Below are positions 30,167-41,662 of a stretch of 64,000 bases of DNA, piece by piece (within the stretch, counting starts at the first letter, position 1; each line of letters starts with the position of its first letter). Both the position numbers and the translations under genes were made by a program. The stretch is from a bacterium (GTDB lineage Bacteria > JADJOY01). The stretch lies in contig JAXLQJ010000008.1 of NCBI GenBank assembly GCA_046331705.1, positions 135,836 to 199,835 of the forward strand. The letters are read 5' to 3'. The notes beneath the pieces were generated by a model. That model did not search any database and had not been told where the DNA came from. It saw nothing but the letters and a program-made list of their open reading frames with translations.

Positions 30167-31921
30167 ATGAACTCGATCCCGACTCTCTTGGCCGAGCGCC
30201 TCGCGGCCGCCGTGGAAGCGGCGTTCCCAGGCGCGAGCTTCGATCGCGCGGCGCTCGTCGAGGCGGCGCAGGACACGCGCTTCGGCGATTACCAGTGCAA
30301 CGCCGCCCTCAAGCTCGCGAAGAGCGTGGGGCGCCCGCCGCGCGACGTCGCCAACGCGATCGTGGGCCAGCTGCGCATCGACGATCTCTGCGAGCCGCCG
30401 TCGATCGCCGGCCCGGGGTTCGTGAATCTCACCGTGCACGCGAGCCTGATCGCCCGGACCGCGATGGCGCTGCGCGCCGAGCCCACGCTCGGCGTGGCGC
30501 CCACCGACGCGCCCCACACCGTGGTGGTCGACTACTCGGCGCCCAACATCGCCAAGGAGATGCACGTCGGTCATCTGCGCTCCACGATCATCGGCGATTC
30601 GCTGGTGCGGGTGCTCGAGTTCCTCGGTCATCGCGTGATCCGCCAGAACCACGTCGGCGACTGGGGCACCCAGTTCGGGATGCTCATCGAGCACCTGATC
30701 GACAGCGGCGCCGCGGACGCCGCCGAGCTCGGCGTCAAGGATCTCGACGCCTTCTACCAGGCCGCCAAACGCCAGTTCGACGCCTCCGACGACTTCAAGC
30801 AGCGCGCCCGCGCCCGGGTGGTGTCGCTGCAAGGCGGCGACGAGCGCTCGCTCGCGCTCTGGCGACGTTTGGTCGAGGAGTCGGAGCGCCATTTCCGCGC
30901 GGTGTATGCCTACCTCGGCGTGCGCCTCACCGACGGCGACATCCGCCCCGAGAGCTTCTTCAATCCGCGCCTCGCGGAAGTCGTGGGCGACCTGCAAGCG
31001 CTCGGGCTCGCGCGCGAGAGCGAGGGCGCCACGTGCGTCTTCCCGGACGGCTTCCGGCGCAAGGACGGCGAGCCGCTGCCCATGATCGTGCGCAAGGCCG
31101 ACGGCGGCTATCTCTACGCCACCACCGACCTCGCGGCGCTGCGCTTCCGGGTGAGCGAGCTTCGCGCCGACCGGATCGCGTACGTCGTGGGCGAGCCGCA
31201 GGCGCAGCACTTCGCGATGCTGTTCGCGGTGGCTCGCACCGCCGGCTGGCTGCCGAGCCACGTGCGGGCCGAGCACGTCGGCTTCGGATCGGTGCTCGGC
31301 CCCGACCGCAAGCCCTTCAAGACCCGTGCGGGCGGCACCGTGAAGCTCGTCGACCTGCTCACCGAGGCCGTCGAGCGCGGGCGGGCTGCGCTCGTCGAGC
31401 GGCCCGGCGGGCGCGATCTGAGCGACATCGGCGAGGCGGAGAAGCTCGCGATCGCCCAGACCCTCGGCATCGGAGCGGTCAAGTACGCCGACCTCTCCAC
31501 CGATCGCACCAAGGACTACGTCTTCGACTGGGATCGGATGCTGGCGCTCAACGGCAACACCGCGCCCTACCTCATCAACGCCTACGTGCGGATCCGCTCG
31601 ATCCTGCGCAAGGCGGTAAGCGTGCCGAGCGCCGAGACGCCGATCGTGCTCGGCGCGCCGGCGGAGCGCGATCTGGCGCTCGCGCTCACGCGCTTTCCGG
31701 AGGTGGTGAACGCCGTCGCCGAGAAGTTGCTCCCGCACGTGCTCTGCACCTATCTCTACGAGCTGGCGTCGCGCTACCACAAATTCTACGAGACCTGCCC
31801 CGTGCTCGCCGCCGACGACCCCGACACCCGCGCGAGCCGGCTCGCGCTCTGCGACGTGGTGGCGAGGGTGCTGCGTCAAGGGCTCGAGCTGCTCGGGATC
31901 GGCACCGTCGAGCAGATGTGA
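30167..31921 (+). CDS. argS: Arginine--tRNA ligase
   Basis: Intact ORF. Class I HIGH motif is in APNIAKEMHVGHLRSTIIGDSL. Reads ...MIVRKADGGYLYATTDLAAL...; the KMSKS-like region is in FKTRAGGTVKLVDLL. The C-terminal anticodon-binding (DALR) domain is present. Confidence 0.95.
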   Translation: MNSIPTLLAERLAAAVEAAFPGASFDRAALVEAAQDTRFGDYQCNAALKLAKSVGRPPRDVANAIVGQLRIDDLCEPPSIAGPGFVNLTVHASLIARTAMALRAEPTLGVAPTDAPHTVVVDYSAPNIAKEMHVGHLRSTIIGDSLVRVLEFLGHRVIRQNHVGDWGTQFGMLIEHLIDSGAADAAELGVKDLDAFYQAAKRQFDASDDFKQRARARVVSLQGGDERSLALWRRLVEESERHFRAVYAYLGVRLTDGDIRPESFFNPRLAEVVGDLQALGLARESEGATCVFPDGFRRKDGEPLPMIVRKADGGYLYATTDLAALRFRVSELRADRIAYVVGEPQAQHFAMLFAVARTAGWLPSHVRAEHVGFGSVLGPDRKPFKTRAGGTVKLVDLLTEAVERGRAALVERPGGRDLSDIGEAEKLAIAQTLGIGAVKYADLSTDRTKDYVFDWDRMLALNGNTAPYLINAYVRIRSILRKAVSVPSAETPIVLGAPAERDLALALTRFPEVVNAVAEKLLPHVLCTYLYELASRYHKFYETCPVLAADDPDTRASRLALCDVVARVLRQGLELLGIGTVEQM

Positions 31922-31975
31922 GCCCACCCGTCTCGCGCGATCCCGCAAGCCTTTCGTCCTCGCAGGTGGTCTCCG

Positions 31976-32677
31976 ATGGCTGATCGCGGCACACGGCTCG
32001 TGGTCTTCGATCTCGACGGCACGCTGGTCGATTCCCGCCACGACATCGCCGTGGCGGCCAACGGCACGCTCGCGGCGCTCGGTCTCGCGCGCTTGCCCGA
32101 GCCCACCGTCGTCGGCTTCATCGGTGGCGGCGTGCGCAACCTGGCGTTGCGCTGCCTCGCGGCGGCGTCCGATCCCGAGCGCCCGCGCTTCGAGCCGGAG
32201 GCGTTCGTCGAGCGCTTCATGCCGATCTACGCCGAGCACCTCCTCGACTTCACGCGGCCCTACCCCGGCGTGCTCGAGACGCTCGGTGCGCTGCGCGCGG
32301 CGGGGCTCGTCACGGCGGTGGTCACCAACAAGCCCAGCGCGCCGGCGCGCGCCATCATCGACGGCCTGGGGCTCGGACCGTTCGCGATGGTGGTGGGCGG
32401 CGACTCCACCCCGGTGCGCAAGCCCGATCCCGAGCCGCTCCTCGGAGTGTTGCGCCACGTCGGCGCCACGAGCGAGGAGGCGCTCTACGTGGGCGACATG
32501 GCGATCGACGTCGAGACCGCGGCAGCGGCGCGCACGCGCTTCGTGGGAGTCACCTGGGGAATCGGCGCACGCGCCGACCTGGAAGCCGCGGGCGCCACCA
32601 CGTTCGTCGAGCGCATGACCGATCTGCTCGACCACGTCGGCCTCGACGATCGCCTTCCCCGCGCGTCGCATCCGTGA
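31976..32677 (+). CDS. HAD-family hydrolase (phosphoglycolate phosphatase-like)
   Basis: Reads LVVFDLDGTLVDS (motif I), VTNKP (motif II), and LYVGDMAIDVETAAAA (motifs III/IV). Confidence 0.8.
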   Translation: MADRGTRLVVFDLDGTLVDSRHDIAVAANGTLAALGLARLPEPTVVGFIGGGVRNLALRCLAAASDPERPRFEPEAFVERFMPIYAEHLLDFTRPYPGVLETLGALRAAGLVTAVVTNKPSAPARAIIDGLGLGPFAMVVGGDSTPVRKPDPEPLLGVLRHVGATSEEALYVGDMAIDVETAAAARTRFVGVTWGIGARADLEAAGATTFVERMTDLLDHVGLDDRLPRASHP

Positions 32678-33450
32678 TCGAGCGCGTCGAGTTCCGGAAC
32701 GCGCGCGGCGAGCGCCTCGGCGGCGATCTGCACCTGCCGCCCGAGGGCCTGGTGCGCGGCATCGCGGTGGTGCTCTGCCACGGCATGGAGTCGAGCCGCT
32801 CGGGGCTCAAGCACGTGCGCCTCGCTGGCGAGCTCGCCGCGCGTGGTTTTCCCGCGCTGCGCTTCGACTTCGCGGGTTGCGGAGCGTCCGAGGGCCGCTT
32901 CGAGGACATGACCTACACCCGCGAGGTCGAGGACCTCGACGCGGCCGTGAGCTTCCTCGCGAACCGCGGGGTGGATCGACTGGCGCTCTTCGGCTCGAGC
33001 ATGGGAGGCGCGGTGGCCTTCCTGTTCGCAGGCTCGGATCGTCCCGCGGCGGCGCGCGTGGTGGCGGTCGCGACCCTCGCCGCGGTTGCGCGCCCAGACC
33101 GCGTGCCGAGCCCGATGCTCTCGCAAGCGACCTACGATCGTTGGCGGCACGACGGCCATCTGCCGCTCAGCGAAGGCCGTCGCGTCCGCTTCACGCTGAT
33201 GGAGGACGCGCAGCGCATCGACATCCCCGCCGCCGCGGCTCGGGTGCGCGCGCCGGTCCTGATCATCCACGGCTCCGCCGACGAGGTGGTGCCCGTGGGC
33301 GACGGCCGCGAGCTCTTCGCGTCCATCGGGCACCCGCGCCGCGAGCTCGACGTGGTGGAGGGAGCCGATCACCGCTTCAGCGATCCGCGCCACCTCGATG
33401 GAGCAGTGCTCAAGCTCGTGCGCTGGCTCGCGGCTTCGTTCGGTCCCTGA
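32674..33450 (+). CDS. Alpha/beta-fold hydrolase
   Basis: 258-aa ORF. Nucleophile elbow is in LALFGSSMGGAVAF. C-terminal region reads APVLIIHGSADEVVP...ADHRF. The start overlaps the upstream stop (ATGA). Confidence 0.75.
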   Translation: MIERVEFRNARGERLGGDLHLPPEGLVRGIAVVLCHGMESSRSGLKHVRLAGELAARGFPALRFDFAGCGASEGRFEDMTYTREVEDLDAAVSFLANRGVDRLALFGSSMGGAVAFLFAGSDRPAAARVVAVATLAAVARPDRVPSPMLSQATYDRWRHDGHLPLSEGRRVRFTLMEDAQRIDIPAAAARVRAPVLIIHGSADEVVPVGDGRELFASIGHPRRELDVVEGADHRFSDPRHLDGAVLKLVRWLAASFGP

Positions 33451-33509
33451 GCGCCCCGTCACCGCACCGCGCGTGCGCCCGTCGCGGCCGCCTCACCGCA
33501 ACCGGACGC

Positions 33510-34697
33510 TCACTTCTTCGCAGCCAGCTCGCGCGCCTTGGGAATCAGCTTGCGCCACGTGTCCATGTCGAGGGCACCCATGATCCCGCGCCCGTTGACG
33601 AAGATCGCCGGCGTCGAGTCGATGCGCAGCTCGGCGATGCCTTCGCGCACCTCGCGGCGCACCTGCTCCATCGTGGCGGGGTCCGCCACGCACGCGTCCA
33701 GCGCGGCGCGGTCGAGCCCGATCCGACTCGTGAGATCGGCGACCTTCGCCACCACGTTCTTGTCGTCGATCTCGGCCTGATCGAGGAAGAGCCAGTCGTG
33801 CATCTCCCAGTAGTGCCCCTGCTTGCCCGCGCAGAGCGCCGCGGCGGCGGCCTGACAGGCGCCTGGATGCGGGTTCGCCCACGGGTTGCAGGCGCTGTCG
33901 AGAGGCACGTGCTTGAGCACCAGGCGCACCTCGCCGGGGAACTCGCGAACGACGCGCTCCAGCACCTGCGCCGCCTTCTTGCAGTGCGGGCAGAGGAAAT
34001 CGAAGTAGTCGACGATGACGATCGGCGCGTCGGCCGCGCCGCGGCTGGGCTCGTCGCCGCGTAGGACGATCGGCGCCGGCTCGAGCGCGGCCCATTCCGA
34101 GACCAGCGTCGCGCGCCGCTGATCGCGGATCACCGTGGCCGTCGCCACCGCCCCGACGAGCACCACCGCCGCCGCCACGAGCGACGCGAAGAGCCAGCGC
34201 TTGGAGCGGATCGCGGCCCAATCGTTGCGCACGATCGCGAGCTGGTCGGCGATCGGGATGCCGGCGCCCACCGCGGCCGTCACCAGCAAGCCGACGTTGA
34301 CCGCGTAGAGCCCGATGCAGAAGAGACACCAGTGTCGGATCACGAAGTGCGACACGCCGGCCAAGAACACCGAGTACGCCACCGAGCCGGTCGCGAACAC
34401 CGTCAGGTGCGAGAGCAGCGACGGCACCAGGCTCGGTCGCGCCGCGAGCGAGAACGCGCTGAGGCCGAGGATCGCCAGATAGAAGGCGGCGCCGAGCGCC
34501 GAGATCGGGATCCCCACCAGCTCCGCGTACTCGCTGGTGTTCACGACGTCGCAGTTGAGCTTCAGGTTGAGCGAGCACACGCTGCGCCCGCCGTGCGCCG
34601 CCGCGAAGTGCCGGAAGGTCAGGTAGGAGGCGAGCCCCAGCCCGATCACCGCCAGCACGAACGCGGCGCGAAGCGCGACACGGCTGCGCGGCGTCAT
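33510..34697 (-). CDS. Vitamin K epoxide reductase (VKOR) domain fused to DsbA-like thioredoxin domain
   Basis: The N-terminal half has multiple TMs and a [10 protein letters not shown]...WCLFC pattern like VKOR. The C-terminal half reads [15 protein letters not shown]...[11 protein letters not shown], a DsbA fold with a CPHC active site. Its ATG overlaps the asnS stop (ATGA). Confidence 0.8.
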   Translation of the reverse strand: MTPRSRVALRAAFVLAVIGLGLASYLTFRHFAAAHGGRSVCSLNLKLNCDVVNTSEYAELVGIPISALGAAFYLAILGLSAFSLAARPSLVPSLLSHLTVFATGSVAYSVFLAGVSHFVIRHWCLFCIGLYAVNVGLLVTAAVGAGIPIADQLAIVRNDWAAIRSKRWLFASLVAAAVVLVGAVATATVIRDQRRATLVSEWAALEPAPIVLRGDEPSRGAADAPIVIVDYFDFLCPHCKKAAQVLERVVREFPGEVRLVLKHVPLDSACNPWANPHPGACQAAAAALCAGKQGHYWEMHDWLFLDQAEIDDKNVVAKVADLTSRIGLDRAALDACVADPATMEQVRREVREGIAELRIDSTPAIFVNGRGIMGALDMDTWRKLIPKARELAAKK

Positions 34698-35982
34698 GGG
34701 TACATGCGGTCGAGGAGCCGCGGGAACGGGATGGTCTCGCGCACGTGCGGCACGCCGGTGATCCACGCCACCGTGCGCTCGACGCCCAGGCCGAAGCCGG
34801 CGTGGGGCACGCTGCCGTAGCGGCGCAGGTCGAGAAACCACTTGAAGGTCTCGACCGGCAGGCCGTGCTCGCGGATGCGCTCCTCGAGGGCCTCGAGGCT
34901 CTCCTCGCGACAGCCGCCACCCACGATCTCGCCGTAGCCCTCCGGCGCGATCATGTCCACGCACAGCGCCACCTCCGGCCGCGCCGGGTCGCGCTTCATG
35001 TAGAAGGCCTTCACCTGGGCGGGGTAGCGGTGCACGAGCACCGGCTTGTCGAAGGCCTGGCTCAGCAGCGTCTCCTCGTCGGCGCCGAAATCGTCACCCC
35101 ACGGGATCTGGCCGCCAGCGCCGCGGATGACCTCGAGCGCCTCGTCGTAGCTGATCCGCGGAAACGGCGCCCGCACGTTCTCGAGCTTGGTGACGTCACG
35201 CTCGAGCACCGCCAGGTCGGCGCGACAGCGGTCCAGCACGCGCTGGACCACGTGCGCGACCATGCCTTCCGCCAGCGCCATGTCGCCGTTCAGGTCGAGG
35301 AACGCGGCCTCCGGCTCGACCATCCAGAACTCCATCAGGTGGCGGCGCGTCTTCGATTTCTCCGCCCGAAACGTGGGGCCGAAGCAGTAGACCTTGCCGA
35401 ACGCCATCGCCGCCGCCTCGTTGTAGAGCTGGCCGCTCTGCGACAGATACGCCTTCCGCTCGAAGTACTGAAGCTCGAAGAGCGTGGTGGTTCCTTCGCA
35501 GGCGTTGGGCGTGAGGATCGGCGCGTCCATGGGCAGATAGCCCTCGCCGTCCAGGTACTCGCGGATGCCGCGCATCACCTCGGCGCGGACGCGCAGCATC
35601 GCGTGCTGTCGCCGCGAGCGCAGCCACAGGTGGCGCTCGTCCATCAGGAAGCCGACGCCGTGCTCCTTCGGGCTGATCGGGTAATCGGCAGACGCACCGA
35701 TCAGCTCGAGATCCTTGAGGCCGAGCTCGAATCCTCCCGGCGAACGTGGATCGGCGCGCACGCTGCCGGTCACGCACACCGAGGCCTCGAGCGACACGCC
35801 GTCGAACCGCGCGAACACCTCGGGGCTGACGTCCGCCTTGCCCATCACGCATTGCAGATAGCCGGTGCCGTCGCGCAGCTCGAGGAAGCGAATCTTGCCG
35901 CTCGAGCGATGGTGGACGACCCATCCGCGCACCACCACGTCGCGTCCGACGTGGCCAGCGATGTCGGCGATTCGTATCGCGG
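34694..35982 (-). CDS. asnS: Asparagine--tRNA ligase
   Basis: Reads [29 protein letters not shown] (N-terminal OB fold), [28 protein letters not shown] (class II motif 2, AsnRS-type) and [30 protein letters not shown] (motif 3). About 428 aa from the GTG at 35982. Confidence 0.9.
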
Positions 35983-36191
35983 TTGCGGTCACGGTCTCCC
36001 CCGAGCGACGCGCGAACGGGCGCCCGCGCTGCGCGCGATAACGTAGCGACGCGTTCCCGCCGGTGCAACGCTCACTCACCGATCGGCGCGCGGTGCCGCC
36101 GCCGATCGCGAGCGGGCCGTGCGCGCGCGGTTCGCGCGAGCCCCCGCGCGGTGGCGCCGTCGCATTGCCCGACTCGGCGCGATCGCTCAGA

Positions 36192-37907
36192 ATGCGCCGG
36201 CGTCTCTCGCCGCCGATGCGCCCCGTCACCCCTCCCGCACTCGCCCGCGCGCGACGCGCGTCGTTCGGCGCGCTCTCGTGCGCCGCGCTGGCGCTGCTCG
36301 CGAGCTGCACGCCCGACTTCGTCGAGACGCGCGTCCCGGGTCGCCCACGTCACGTCGTCGAGGCCGAGCTGGCAGCGCCCTCGTCCTACGCGGGATCGCA
36401 AACCACGCTGAAGGTGGGGCTCGGCGAGGCCAACGATTGGGAGCTGAGCTGTCCGGGCTCCCTCTCGGTTCATCTCGAGGACGAGCGCGCGCGCAAGATC
36501 TCGCTGCGCGAAGGCGTGGCACTGCGAGCCTCGCTCACCGATCCCAAGCCGGGCGTCGGCGGCGTCTGCCCCGTCCTCGAGATCACGGCCAACGTCGACG
36601 AGATCCGTCCCGAGAGCGTTGCCGCTGCGTTCGCGCAGGAGAGCGAGCTTCCCCGCGTCGAGGTGCGTGGAATCCGCGTCAAGGACGATCTCACGGGGCC
36701 CGACGCCTTCATCGACCACCGCCAGGCCCGGCTGGTGCTCGGCCCGTGCCGGCCGCCCGAGGAGGTCGAGCGGATCTGCCGGCGGCTGATCGAGAGCCAC
36801 CAGGTTGCGTGCGCCGCGGAAGCCGGCATCCAGTCGGCACCTTCCGGAACGCTCACGCTCACCACCTCGCACGGCGTCGAGATCGCGACCTGGCCGGGTC
36901 CTGCACGCGTCCGCTGCGACGGCTCGGACAGCGTCTACCTGCACCGCGGCGATTGGCACGAGGTGCGGCGCTACCGCGACTCCGTGGTGCTGACCGCAGG
37001 CGCGAACGGCCAAGTCCTGGCGATCAACGAGATCGGCATCGAGAGCTACCTCAAGGGCGTGGTACCCGCGCAGATCCCCGCCGACGCGCCCGACCAGGCG
37101 CTCGAGGCGCAAGCGTTGATCGCTCGCACCCAAGCGTTCGCGGGCCTCACGCGCCGACGGCACAGCAATGACCCGTACGACGTCTGCGACGACGTCCACT
37201 GCCAGCGCTACCGCGGCCTCGGGGAAGCCAGCGCGACCAGCGACGCCGCGGTGGACGCCACCCGCGGGCTCGTGCTGCTTCACGACGGCGAGCTGGTGGA
37301 CGCGGCCTACCACGCCGACTGCGGCGGAATCCTGGAAGCGAACGACACGATCTGGCCCAAGCAGCGTCCGGACCCGGTGCTACGAGCGCGCGCCGACCTC
37401 GAGGCGACGGCCACGACGCTGCCCGACTTCAGCGCCGAGGCGACTCTCTGGAGTTATCTGCTCACCCCTCCCGAGACCTTCTGCTCGCGCGGCGCGCAGC
37501 CCGGCCAGCACCGCTGGACGCGCTCCTTCAGCGCCGACGAGCTGGCGCGGCTCGCGAGCGGTGGAACCAACCTCGGCAAGATCAAGGCGCTGCGCGTCGA
37601 CGCACGCGGCGCGTCGGGACGCGCCACCGTCGTCACGATCGAGGGCACCGCCGGCAGCCGGCGGATCGAGGGCGAGCAGGCGATCCGCAAGGCGCTCGGC
37701 GACCTGCCCTCTTCCGCATTCGCCGTCCAGGCCATCGCCATGGCCGGAACCGAGCCAGCCGTCTTCACCTTGGTCGGCGCCGGCGCCGGCCACGGCGTGG
37801 GCCTCTGCCAAGCCGGTGCCATCGGCATGGCTCGCACGAAAGCGAGCATGACGGACATCCTCGCTCACTACTATCCCGGCGCTCACGCCTACCGCATCAC
37901 TCCCTGA
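36192..37907 (+). CDS. SpoIID/LytB domain lipoprotein (cell-wall amidase enhancer-like)
   Basis: Lipobox ALALLASC. SpoIID domain reads [14 protein letters not shown]...[14 protein letters not shown]...[14 protein letters not shown]...[20 protein letters not shown]. Confidence 0.8.
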   Translation: MRRRLSPPMRPVTPPALARARRASFGALSCAALALLASCTPDFVETRVPGRPRHVVEAELAAPSSYAGSQTTLKVGLGEANDWELSCPGSLSVHLEDERARKISLREGVALRASLTDPKPGVGGVCPVLEITANVDEIRPESVAAAFAQESELPRVEVRGIRVKDDLTGPDAFIDHRQARLVLGPCRPPEEVERICRRLIESHQVACAAEAGIQSAPSGTLTLTTSHGVEIATWPGPARVRCDGSDSVYLHRGDWHEVRRYRDSVVLTAGANGQVLAINEIGIESYLKGVVPAQIPADAPDQALEAQALIARTQAFAGLTRRRHSNDPYDVCDDVHCQRYRGLGEASATSDAAVDATRGLVLLHDGELVDAAYHADCGGILEANDTIWPKQRPDPVLRARADLEATATTLPDFSAEATLWSYLLTPPETFCSRGAQPGQHRWTRSFSADELARLASGGTNLGKIKALRVDARGASGRATVVTIEGTAGSRRIEGEQAIRKALGDLPSSAFAVQAIAMAGTEPAVFTLVGAGAGHGVGLCQAGAIGMARTKASMTDILAHYYPGAHAYRITP

Positions 37908-38617
37908 CCCCGCGCACGCGCCGTCCCGTTCCGCGGTCGATCGAGCACGACCGCGCACGCGCCGATGCGCCGATGCGCCCACACTCGCGCGGCATCCGTC
38001 GCGCGCACGAAAGCACTCAGCCGAGCGTGACGCTGGGTGACCGGGCGGCGGCACACAGCTCGCGGCGAGCACGAGGAGTTGTGGCGAACCGTGGGCGGAA
38101 GGTCGTGTTGCTGGGAGGTTGGGGCCTCGGCGAGCCGGTGAAGATTCGGAGGTAGCGGAATTCTCGGCGTTTTCAGCAGATCGGCCACCGCGCCGCGCAC
38201 GTCGGTCGCCTGCCGGACCCGTACCCCCGCGCGCTCGTATTCGACCACCTTGATCGTCTCGAGCTGGGCGCCTGTCGGGAAATGGCTCCCGCGTGGAGGT
38301 TGGGTCGAGTCCCCGTCGTCCTCGCTTCGCTGCGGGCGCCGACGCCTGATTTGAAGGAGACTATCCGCAGCATTGACGCCCGCGGCATCTCCAATGACTT
38401 GCTTGCGTACGACGTCGACCAGCCGTTCCTGCGTCCGCCGAGCTTCGTGAGTGGGTTCCCGAAGGCGATCTCCCCCGGTTCGTGCTGGACGTCGTCGACC
38501 CGATGGACCTGGGCGGCATCCTCGACCGCTACCGTCGCAAGGATCCCCGAGGGCGCTCGGCGGACCACCCCGAGATGCTGGTGTCCTTGCCCAAGTCTTG
38601 CTGCGCTGGCTGAGCAG

Positions 38618-39226
38618 TCACGGGCGATACATGACGCCATCGGCGGTGCCGTTTCGCTGACGCGTCGCGAAGAGGCTGGCGACGGCGCGGCGTTTCCCGT
38701 CGCGCTCGAGGATCCGCTCCCGATAGCGGCACAGCTCGAAGTCCGCGAAGCGGGTGCGCAGCTCGCCGGGATCGAGGAGGTAGGCTGGGCTGCGCGGCGA
38801 GCCGAAGGCGGCGTGGATGCGGGTGAAGGTCTCCCACACCAGTGCGCCGCCGGGACGAATGGCGCGGGCGATCGGCTCGAAGAGCGAGCGATCGAGGAAG
38901 TTCGAGACGCACACCAGGTCGTAGCGCGCCTCGCGTAGCGGGAAGTCGTCGAGATCGGCGACCACGCCGACGAGGTTTCCGCCCTCGCGGCGCACGCGCT
39001 CGGTCGCTTTCCGCACGGCGGCGAGCGACACGTCGATCCCTTCCACCCGGAATCCGGCGCGCGCCAGGAACGCCGCATTCCGCCCCTCTCCCATCGCCAC
39101 CACGAGGGCTCGCCCCGGCGGGACGAATCGCACCGCGTCCACGAGAAACGCGGTGGGTTCGAGCCCGTGAACGGCATCGGGCGTGCCGTAGATCCGTTCC
39201 CATTTGAGGCGCTCGGCTCGGCTCAT
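38618..39226 (-). CDS. Class I SAM-dependent methyltransferase
   Basis: Reads GRALVVAMGEGRNAAFLARAGFRVEGIDVS...RYDLVCVSNFLDRSLFEPIARAIRPGGALVWETF. Intact ORF, about 202 aa. Confidence 0.75.
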   Translation of the reverse strand: MSRAERLKWERIYGTPDAVHGLEPTAFLVDAVRFVPPGRALVVAMGEGRNAAFLARAGFRVEGIDVSLAAVRKATERVRREGGNLVGVVADLDDFPLREARYDLVCVSNFLDRSLFEPIARAIRPGGALVWETFTRIHAAFGSPRSPAYLLDPGELRTRFADFELCRYRERILERDGKRRAVASLFATRQRNGTADGVMYRP

Positions 39227-39300
39227 GTTGGCTCGGCGGGCGGGCACGCGGCTTGTGACGCGAGCCTGCGCGAACGCTACTGTGCCACCTTTTCCCGTAG

Positions 39301-41649
39301 ATGACCGCCGTGCGTGACCCCGCCAATCGCCCGCCCCCGCGCCGTGCGCTGCGCTTCACGATGCGAATCGTCGGCGCGTCCCTCGCCGTAGCCGCGGTGG
39401 CCCTCGCCTTTCCCGAGGCCTGGCTCGCCGGTCCACCAGCACGAGACGAGCGCATCGCGATCGGCGAGACGGTCGCGCCGGTCTACGTGCGCCGCGATCC
39501 CTACGGCATCGCCCACGTCGCCGCAACCGACGAATCCGACGTCTGGGCGGGGCTCGGCTTCGCTCAAGCCCACGATCGCGCGTGTCAGGTCGAGATGCTC
39601 GTGCGCGTGGCGGAAGGGACACTCTCGGAATGGCTCGGAGACTTGCCGCTCGGAGCCGGGCTCGATGCGGTGTCGCTCGACCGGCTGGCGCGTGAGCTTC
39701 GTCTCGTGGAGCGCGCCGATCGCGCGTGGCAATCGGCCGATCCCGAGACCCGCCGCGAGCTCGAGCGCTTCGCCGCGGGCGCGAACGCGCGGCTCACCCA
39801 CCTCGAGGCCCACTGGCCGGCGTGCTTTCGCGTGCTCGCGGTGCGGCCGCGCCCGTGGCGGCCGCGCGATCCATTGCTGCTGCTCGAGCTCTTCGGCCTC
39901 GTGGGGCAGGTGCCGAGCCTGCGTGCGGAGGCCGTGGCGCTCGATCTGGTCGCAGCGCTGGGCCGCGAGCGAGCGTTCGCGTTGCTGCCTCCCGAGATCC
40001 TCGTCGACCTCGCGGATCCCGTCATCTCGCGAGCAGCCCACCCGTCGCCCGCGCTCGTGCCCCTGGCCGCGCTCTCGCCGCTCTCGGATTCCATGCTCGG
40101 GAGCAACGCGTGGGTCGTGGATGGTCGACGCTCGCGGTCGGGTGCGCCGCTGCTCGCCGCCGATCCGCACGTGATCCTCGATCGCGCGCCCACGTTCTGG
40201 TACCTCGCCCACGTCGCGGCGGGCACGATCGACGCGCAGGGCCTGTTCCTTCCTGGCACGCCGCTGCTCGCAGTCGGCCACTCGCGCCGGCTGGCGTGGG
40301 GCGCGACCAGCACGCTGCTGCGCACCGGCGGCGTGCAGCAGGTGGCGGAATCGTCCGTCGTCGACGACGCGGCGCCGTCGCCGCCGATCGTGCCGCGCTT
40401 CGGCTCGGCGGTCGAGGTGACGCGCAGGACGGTTCGGGGCGCGCCGGTGCTCGCCGCCGAGGCAGTCGGCCTCGACCCGGGCACGGCGTTGCGCGTGGAT
40501 CTCGGAGCGACGGACGCCGCTCGCCAGCTGCGAGGGTTTCGCGCGCTGATCGACGCCCACGACGTCGCCGCCACCGATTCCGCGGCGGCAGCGCTGCGAG
40601 CAGGGCCGCTTTCGTGGACGCTAATGCTCGCGGATACGCAGGGGCACATCGCGCGCCGTGCCGCTGCGCCCATCGCCGGCGGCGCCGACCCCTACGCGCT
40701 CCTCGACCCACCGGAGGCGCGCATCGTTGCGGCGAACACGGCGCCTCCGGCGGCCCCAGGGAGCTCGCCGAGGCCGGGACATTTCGAGCTCGGCTATCGG
40801 GCCGCGCGCATCACGGAGGCGCTCGACGCGCGGCCACGCCACGGCGCCGAGGACTTCCGACGTCTTCAGCTGGACGTCGCGACTGGGCTCGCGAGCGAGC
40901 TGCTCCCCGCGCTGCTCGCCGATCTCGCTGGCCGCTCGGAGCTCGCCGTCGCCCGAGCCGCGCTGGCGAGCTGGGACGGGCGCTGCGAGCGCGAGTCGCC
41001 CGGCTGCGCGCTCTTCGAGCTGACGCAAGAGGCCCTGCCGCGGTGCGCCTTCGCCGACGAGCTCGGATCGGATCGCTGGCAGCGATTCGCCTCCGTCGGC
41101 GACCTGCCCACCAAGGCGTTGCTTCGCATCTGGCCGGACGCCGCCTCGCCGTGGTGGGACGATCTGGCCACCCCCGCCCGCGAGACGCGCGGGGATTGCG
41201 TGGCGCAGGCCGTCGCCGAGGCACGAGCCGAGCTCACCGCCGAGGGCGGCGACGAGCCCGACGGCTGGAACTGGGGCGCGTTCCACGTGGTGCGCATCGC
41301 CAACCCGTTGGCGCTGCTCCCCATCCTCGGGCATCGGTTCGAGGTCGGCCCGTACGCGCATCCCGGCGATCGCTACACGGTCAACGCCGCCGGCTACGTA
41401 CGGCGCAGCGACGGAACGCGTCTGGCCACGCTCGGGCCCACCAGCCGCTTCGTGATCGACCTCGCGCAACCGGAGCTCGGCTACTTCGCGTCCTCGACGG
41501 GCATGTCGGAGGATCCGTTCTCCGGCTACGCTTGGAACCTGACGGATCCGTGGCTGGCAGGAGAGCTCTTCGTCGAATCGCTTAACGGGCCGCGCGAGGT
41601 ACGCGCCACCGTCGTGCTCGAACCCTCGACCACGCCACACCGCGAGTGA
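39301..41649 (+). CDS. Penicillin acylase family Ntn-hydrolase (AHL/penicillin amidase-like)
   Basis: Intact 782-aa ORF with a signal-like N-terminus. The autoproteolytic nucleophile context reads SDSMLGSNAWVVDGRRSRSGAPLLAADPH. Characteristic alpha/beta subunit blocks are present. Confidence 0.85.
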   Translation: MTAVRDPANRPPPRRALRFTMRIVGASLAVAAVALAFPEAWLAGPPARDERIAIGETVAPVYVRRDPYGIAHVAATDESDVWAGLGFAQAHDRACQVEMLVRVAEGTLSEWLGDLPLGAGLDAVSLDRLARELRLVERADRAWQSADPETRRELERFAAGANARLTHLEAHWPACFRVLAVRPRPWRPRDPLLLLELFGLVGQVPSLRAEAVALDLVAALGRERAFALLPPEILVDLADPVISRAAHPSPALVPLAALSPLSDSMLGSNAWVVDGRRSRSGAPLLAADPHVILDRAPTFWYLAHVAAGTIDAQGLFLPGTPLLAVGHSRRLAWGATSTLLRTGGVQQVAESSVVDDAAPSPPIVPRFGSAVEVTRRTVRGAPVLAAEAVGLDPGTALRVDLGATDAARQLRGFRALIDAHDVAATDSAAAALRAGPLSWTLMLADTQGHIARRAAAPIAGGADPYALLDPPEARIVAANTAPPAAPGSSPRPGHFELGYRAARITEALDARPRHGAEDFRRLQLDVATGLASELLPALLADLAGRSELAVARAALASWDGRCERESPGCALFELTQEALPRCAFADELGSDRWQRFASVGDLPTKALLRIWPDAASPWWDDLATPARETRGDCVAQAVAEARAELTAEGGDEPDGWNWGAFHVVRIANPLALLPILGHRFEVGPYAHPGDRYTVNAAGYVRRSDGTRLATLGPTSRFVIDLAQPELGYFASSTGMSEDPFSGYAWNLTDPWLAGELFVESLNGPREVRATVVLEPSTTPHRE

Positions 41650-41662
41650 ACGCCGCACCACG

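Noticed and set aside
37889-38248. 119-aa minus-strand ORF between spoIID-like gene and the methyltransferase gene
   Set aside because: No recognisable domain or RBS, and partly low-complexity. It could be a small real protein, but support is insufficient.
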